From Zygnema circumcarinatum SAG 698-1b (Eukaryota > Plantae > Zygnematophyceae): a stretch of 64,000 bases of DNA. Made by a program: the position numbers and the translations under genes. The stretch's first letter is position 1; every line of letters starts with the position of its first letter. Of the stretch, positions 59,007 through 64,000 are shown piece by piece. The stretch lies in contig CM074820.1 in the NCBI GenBank assembly GCA_037447605.1, positions 1,798,001 through 1,862,000 of the forward strand, given 5' to 3'. The notes beneath the pieces are model-generated. The model had not been told where the DNA came from, did no database searches, and saw nothing but the letters and a program-made list of their open reading frames with translations.

Positions 59007-59478
59007 AATTACTATAGATCCGTATTATACACTTTGAGGTTCGATACTGTATTATACACTGTATAATACCTTAACGCAACTGTTAACAGCCGTACAATCG
59101 GAACATAGACCCGTACGGAAATTATGTACGGAATGAGTGTACGAACGTGTACGGACCAAGTCACACGTGTTGAGTGTTTGGCAAGTGACGTGACTTGGCA
59201 AGTTCTGGAATTTCAATATTATAATCAAATTTTGTTCAACTAACCACGAAAACAAAAAAAATACGTTAAATACATTAAAAATACACTGTATTTTTAAAAT
59301 GTTGTATAATACGCATGTATTATACAGTGTATTAATACACGCGTTTGATACATACGGATCTATACAAATTACACACCTTTCTTGGCTAGATACACACTTT
59401 TTTTCGCCAGTTAGTTTTGAGGTTTTCTAGTATTAACATAACCAAAAATGTGTGTATCTAGCCAAAAAAACTGTGTAC
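59007..59478. mobile_element. AT-rich MITE-like region with two sets of inverted repeats
   Basis: TATAGATCCGTAT (~59013) is inverted against ATACGGATCTATA (~59353); TTGGCTAGATACACAC (~59381) against GTGTGTATCTAGCCAA (~59449); a similar block occurs at ~12484-12520. No TSD established. Confidence 0.5.
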
Positions 59479-60399
59479 ATCACATATTCCAAATTGAAGT
59501 TTTTAACGTTTTTGTTAGTCAGGACAACAATGGCAAATTCGAAGTTTGGACTTTTCAGGTTTTTCACAACAAACCAGTTTCAAAGTTTTCGCTCTTTGCG
59601 CGCGTTCGTGCCACGCGGACCTTACTCTCCGTACAGTTGACCGACCAACTTTTTGTCACGTGGCATGTTATTATTGGCCGTAAATTCTGGCGCGAGTTTG
59701 CCGTCAACTTCCAAATTTGACCGTTTGTAAACCCCGCGCGAAAAAAAATGGCGGCAAAAATATTTTGACCGAAAAATTTGACGCAAACATTTTCGGCCAA
59801 AAAATCATATTGGCTAATAGAAGCACGTCGTTACATGTGTAAATGATTTCTGGTCATGTCGGGCAGACACAAATATCCATTTTTTTGGCAAAAAAAGTTG
59901 AATTTCTAAATCTCATTTTCGCGCGCGCGCCATTTGCAAACTCAAAACCCAAAGTTTGCGAAGGACCAAAAAGTGGCGGCGGCCAATGAACGGCTGCCAC
60001 GTGGCTGGACGTCAAGTCGACTTCGCCACTCTCACTCCCACTCTGCTCTGCTCTCCTCTCCCTCTCCCGCCCTCTCCCTTTCTCACCTCCCTCTCCCTCC
60101 CTCTCTCCTCTCCCTCCCTCTCCGCCTCTCCCTCTCTCCCTCTCCCCCCCTCTCCCTATCCCTATCCCCCTCTCCCTCCCTCTCCCTCTCCCTCCCCCTC
60201 CCACTCTCCCCTCCTCCCTTCACACACCCACCACCTTACCTTTCCCCCTCCTCTCCTTCTCCCAATTCTCCATCCCCTCCCCACACCCAGCTGTCCCCTC
60301 CCCCCCCCCTCCCCCAACCTCAATATTACAAGTCCCCCATACCATAGCCTTCTCCAAATACACAAAACTAAACTTAAGAATTAAACTTAAGATTAAACA

Positions 60400-63300
60400 A
60401 TGCGGAAGCGCGCCCCCCCCCCCGGCGTGGCGGAGGCGCGGCCCGCGACTCGCATCGAGGTGGCGTACCTTGTGCTGCACTACCTCAAGGAGATGCGCTT
60501 CGCGAAGGCGCTCAAGGAGTTCAAGGCGGAGGCCAAGGACCTGCTCAGCGTCTTCAAGGTGTGCGCCTCCAGAAGCAGCCCTCAAATGCAGCCAATTGTG
60601 ATGATGTGTTGATTACTGGCTGCATTTTTTTGTTTTCTGTGTGAATTGGGATCTTATTTTTTTTTCACTTTTTTTTTAGTTAAAAGCGGGTTGAATTCAG
60701 TATGTGGATGTATTAAATATTTCTGCGTATCTCCGTCGCTCTGTTACTCTCTCTCCCTCTGTCTGATCCTCCCTTTTTCTATCGCTGGCCGCCCTCCGCA
60801 CTTCTCGACGCGCTCTTCCCTCTCTGGCCCTCCCTCCCTCTGTGTCCGCCGTCTCTCTCCCCTCCTCCCCCTCTCTCTTACCCTCCCTCCCTCCCACTAT
60901 CCCTCCCTTCCCTTTCTCGCCCCTAACTCTCTCTTTCTCTCTCACTCTCCCTCCCACTCCCACCCCTCTCAACCTCTCTCACTCCCTCTCACTCCCTCTC
61001 TCTCCCCAGAAAAAGCCCCGCTCGCCGAAAAGCCTGGAAGACATCCTGAACGAGTACCTCGACGTGATGACGGAGCGCAGCCAGCTGGCGCACCTGCATG
61101 AGCGACACGTGGCAGACCTGCAGGCCGAGAAAGCCAAACTGGCAACGGAACAGCGACGCAGCGTGGAACTGGTTCAGGGCATGGAACAGCTCCTCCACAG
61201 TTACAGCAGCAACTGGCCCCATGCGACCTCAGTCATGCCGCCCCCGAGTCCTGCCAGACCTCGCATGATTGCAGGAGGAAGAGCAGGTATAATTCAAGTA
61301 AATACATACATATATGTATGTATGTTTGTATGTATGTACAGCTGGATTCAATTCAATAGAGTTTATGACTGTGACTTATTTAAAATCTCAATTTTGTTTC
61401 AAATGACAGGTGTCTCTCCCCCGATGGCGACAGCTGGCACACTTAAAAGGAGTACACCTGTCGCGCCGCCGGCAGCCACCCCCTCTCCGCCTCTTCCAAG
61501 CCAAAACCCAGTTTCCATTTCTGAAGTCCCAAATACGCTGGCGGTTGTGCGAGACGCCCCCAGTCACAGCCAGAGTCAAAGTCAACCATATTCAACTGAA
61601 GTCAAGAGAATTCAAAGCCCTCAGGACGACGAGGAAGGCCCTCCTGCTCTGAAAAGACAACGACAGAGCTTTGGGAGAGTTTCAAAGAGAGTCGAATGCA
61701 TAGCTCCAGAGAGTGCGAAGGCGGGCGCCCCAAAAGAGAAGAAAGGGTTCTCCATCATAATTCACAGAGGAGAGGCTCAAATTCAGGAGAAGGTTTCATC
61801 CGTACAGGGGTTCCATGTGCTGCAGGAGACTCCGGAATCTGTTCGACGGAGGGGGAATTACATAGGAATGGGAGAGAAGCTGGCGATGGGAGAGGCAGCA
61901 GGAGAGGAGGCGAGTCCCAGAAGTGACGAGGGAGAGGGGCGAGGAGAAACGACGTCGGTTGACTTGACTTTATCAAAGGCTGTGACTTTGTTGAGAAATG
62001 AAGCGCACCCACTGGTGGGTCCGGCGGATTTGGATCCCAACGATGAACAGATCTCCCCCCCCTTAAGATGCACGACTAAGTCCTCGAGAAACGAAAGTTC
62101 TGCGCCGCTGAATTCGAGCAGCAGGGTGAGGGAGGGGCGGGAGGGAGGGGAGCGGGACGAGAGAGAGGGGCAGGAGAGAGAGGAGAGAAGGGAGAGGGAG
62201 GAGAGGGCAGAAAGAGGCCCACTCTCTACTCTCACTACCACTACAGGAAAGCAGCACGTCAAGATGCCCAGCCCCACCACAAGAAACCTCTTCCCTTCAT
62301 TCAAGGAGGACGGAAAAGTACATAACTTGACAGCAAAACAGCCACTTGGGGTGTCGGAAAATCGAACTGAATTGGCTAAAAAGGACGAGAGCTGTGAAAA
62401 TTCTGTACATCGGTCTCCGAGGAAACCGCCGAATCCCAGGAAGAGATCATCACCATCATCGTTGACGGCAGCACTTTTGTCGCCAGGGAAGGCTCCGATG
62501 CTGACAGAGGAGGATTTTGGGAGCCCGATGAAGGGGGCTTACATGTCTATGTTGATGCTAAGTCCGGAAAAAGAATTTAATCCCTTTAAAAGCCCACAAA
62601 AGGAGCTTGTGGGGGGGCTCAATTTCAACAGTCCCAACGACAATGTAGGCAAAGGCAAAAATATTTCTAAAGCTGCCCCGAGTCCCGGAAAGGGGCGCGG
62701 CTCAAGGTCGAGTTCGAGGAGCGGAAATTCTTTGAATGTGAATTCGGAAAGTATTATGAGTCCTGCAAGGGGCTCCTCACTCTCCTTCAACAGCGAGGAA
62801 GAGAGCATGGAAGCGGCTGCAGCTGCTTTTCCGTTAGACGGACTGCTGGACGACATAGAACCCGTAAGTTCGATGGGATTTTTTGCTATGGTGAGTGATA
62901 TTATGACGAGTGAGATGACGTATCCGAGCCGCATCGCGGAGCACATAAACGGCAGTTCCAAGGCTGTCGCAAGCAACGGAAACGAAACAAGCGCAGCAAC
63001 GGAACTGGCGAGTAGTGGAGGGAGGAGTAGAGGCAGTGCAGAGTGGAGTGAGGGAGAGGGGAGGGGGAGCGAGGGAGTCGCATGTAACAGAACGGAGGAA
63101 TTTCATCAGTATTTGAACTACGGAGATGGAGATTTTTCACAGGGAACGGAGGAGAGTGAAGGACAGAGGGGCCCTTCTAGGAGGGGTGGAGAAAGAATGT
63201 TCATTGAAGATGTTTCGCTTAAACCTGAAGTGAAGCTGCGGGAGTTGATCACTAATGAGTAAGATACACATAAGACCTGCCACATGTTTTTTCTACTTTC

Positions 63301-64000
63301 CTTTCTCTGTTTCTCAGCCTACCTTTCTGTCTCTGCTTTTTTGTACCAGTTTTTTTCCTCTCTATCTCTCTACCTCTCAGTGTCTTCTGCTGTCTCTCTC
63401 CCTCTCTTCCTCTGTCTCCCATCCCTCCCCTCGCTCGCCCCCCATCACGCTCTTTCTCTCCACCTCGTCTCATGAGTCCGCATTCTTCCACTCTCTCCCT
63501 TTCCACCCCCGCCTCCCCCCTTCTCCTCCATCCTCTCTCCCCTTTCTCTCTCTCTCTCCCTTCCCATTGAACTGTCATCAAAGCTACCAAAGAAAGCTGA
63601 ACCGGTTTCATGCTTTGTCATTCCTCGTTCCGTCGGCTGTCCTCAGGGACGGAAAAACGGAGAACGAAAGTAGAGAGGACTCGGAAGATCAAGACATTGC
63701 GGTTGATGAGATTTTGGCCTCCATAGAAGCTGACCCCCACATGGCGGGGCTCCTCGACGCCCTCTCAACTCGGCCTATCTCTTTCACCCCGGAAGGTACC
63801 CTTATTTAAATTTTCTTGAGTTTTGACTTATATTTTTTGTTAGTTTATATAGTCTATTTTTTGATTGGCTGTTGGCCTCTCTTTTTCTGATTCTTTTTGT
63901 TGTTACGTTTATTTAAATGGTTCGTTAGCTTGATCGGAGCTTTGACAGGTGATCAGCAGAAGTGTGCGAAGGAGATCTGCTCAGTCAACAAGATGGAAGA
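60400..64000 (+). CDS. LisH-domain, NPAT-N-terminus-like protein with a long disordered region; runs off the window
   Basis: Exons 60400-60558, 61010-61286, 61410-63258, 63647-63795, 63949->64000, in phase. EVAYLVLHYLKEMRFAKALKEFKAEA (LisH) followed by KSLEDILNEYL; many SP sites. Confidence 0.75.

Overview
Gene-dense eukaryotic nuclear DNA, most likely from a streptophyte (green plant lineage) alga. This is an inference from the nuclear petC and thioredoxin-m genes with transit peptides, TTTAGGG-type repeats, a bryophyte-like 5S RNA, plastid peptidoglycan-type genes and an eEF3 gene. Introns are full of GA/CT low-complexity tracts, so most long ORFs in the supplied track are spurious; I rebuilt the genes by hand from GT-AG junctions with consistent phase. 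Genes in order: AGP-like secreted protein; 9-exon LysM + M23 peptidase (DipM/MepM/NlpD-like); RPL27A; a secreted-looking LRR-EGF-legume-lectin hybrid with a 10-bp-phased W-box array upstream; a pseudo-exon copy of the M23 gene; thioredoxin m; petC; two unknown membrane proteins; a Bfr1/PPI-like coiled-coil protein; a second LysM + TM protein; two head-to-head eEF3 paralogues forming a large inverted repeat; and a LisH/NPAT-like gene that runs off the end. Non-genic elements: a hAT-type MITE with an 8-bp TSD and a solitary 5S rRNA gene. Five N-gaps and a probable Nanopore adapter remnant limit the models near 29.7, 45.2 and 56.0 kb. No database searches were run; family names come from recognised motifs.
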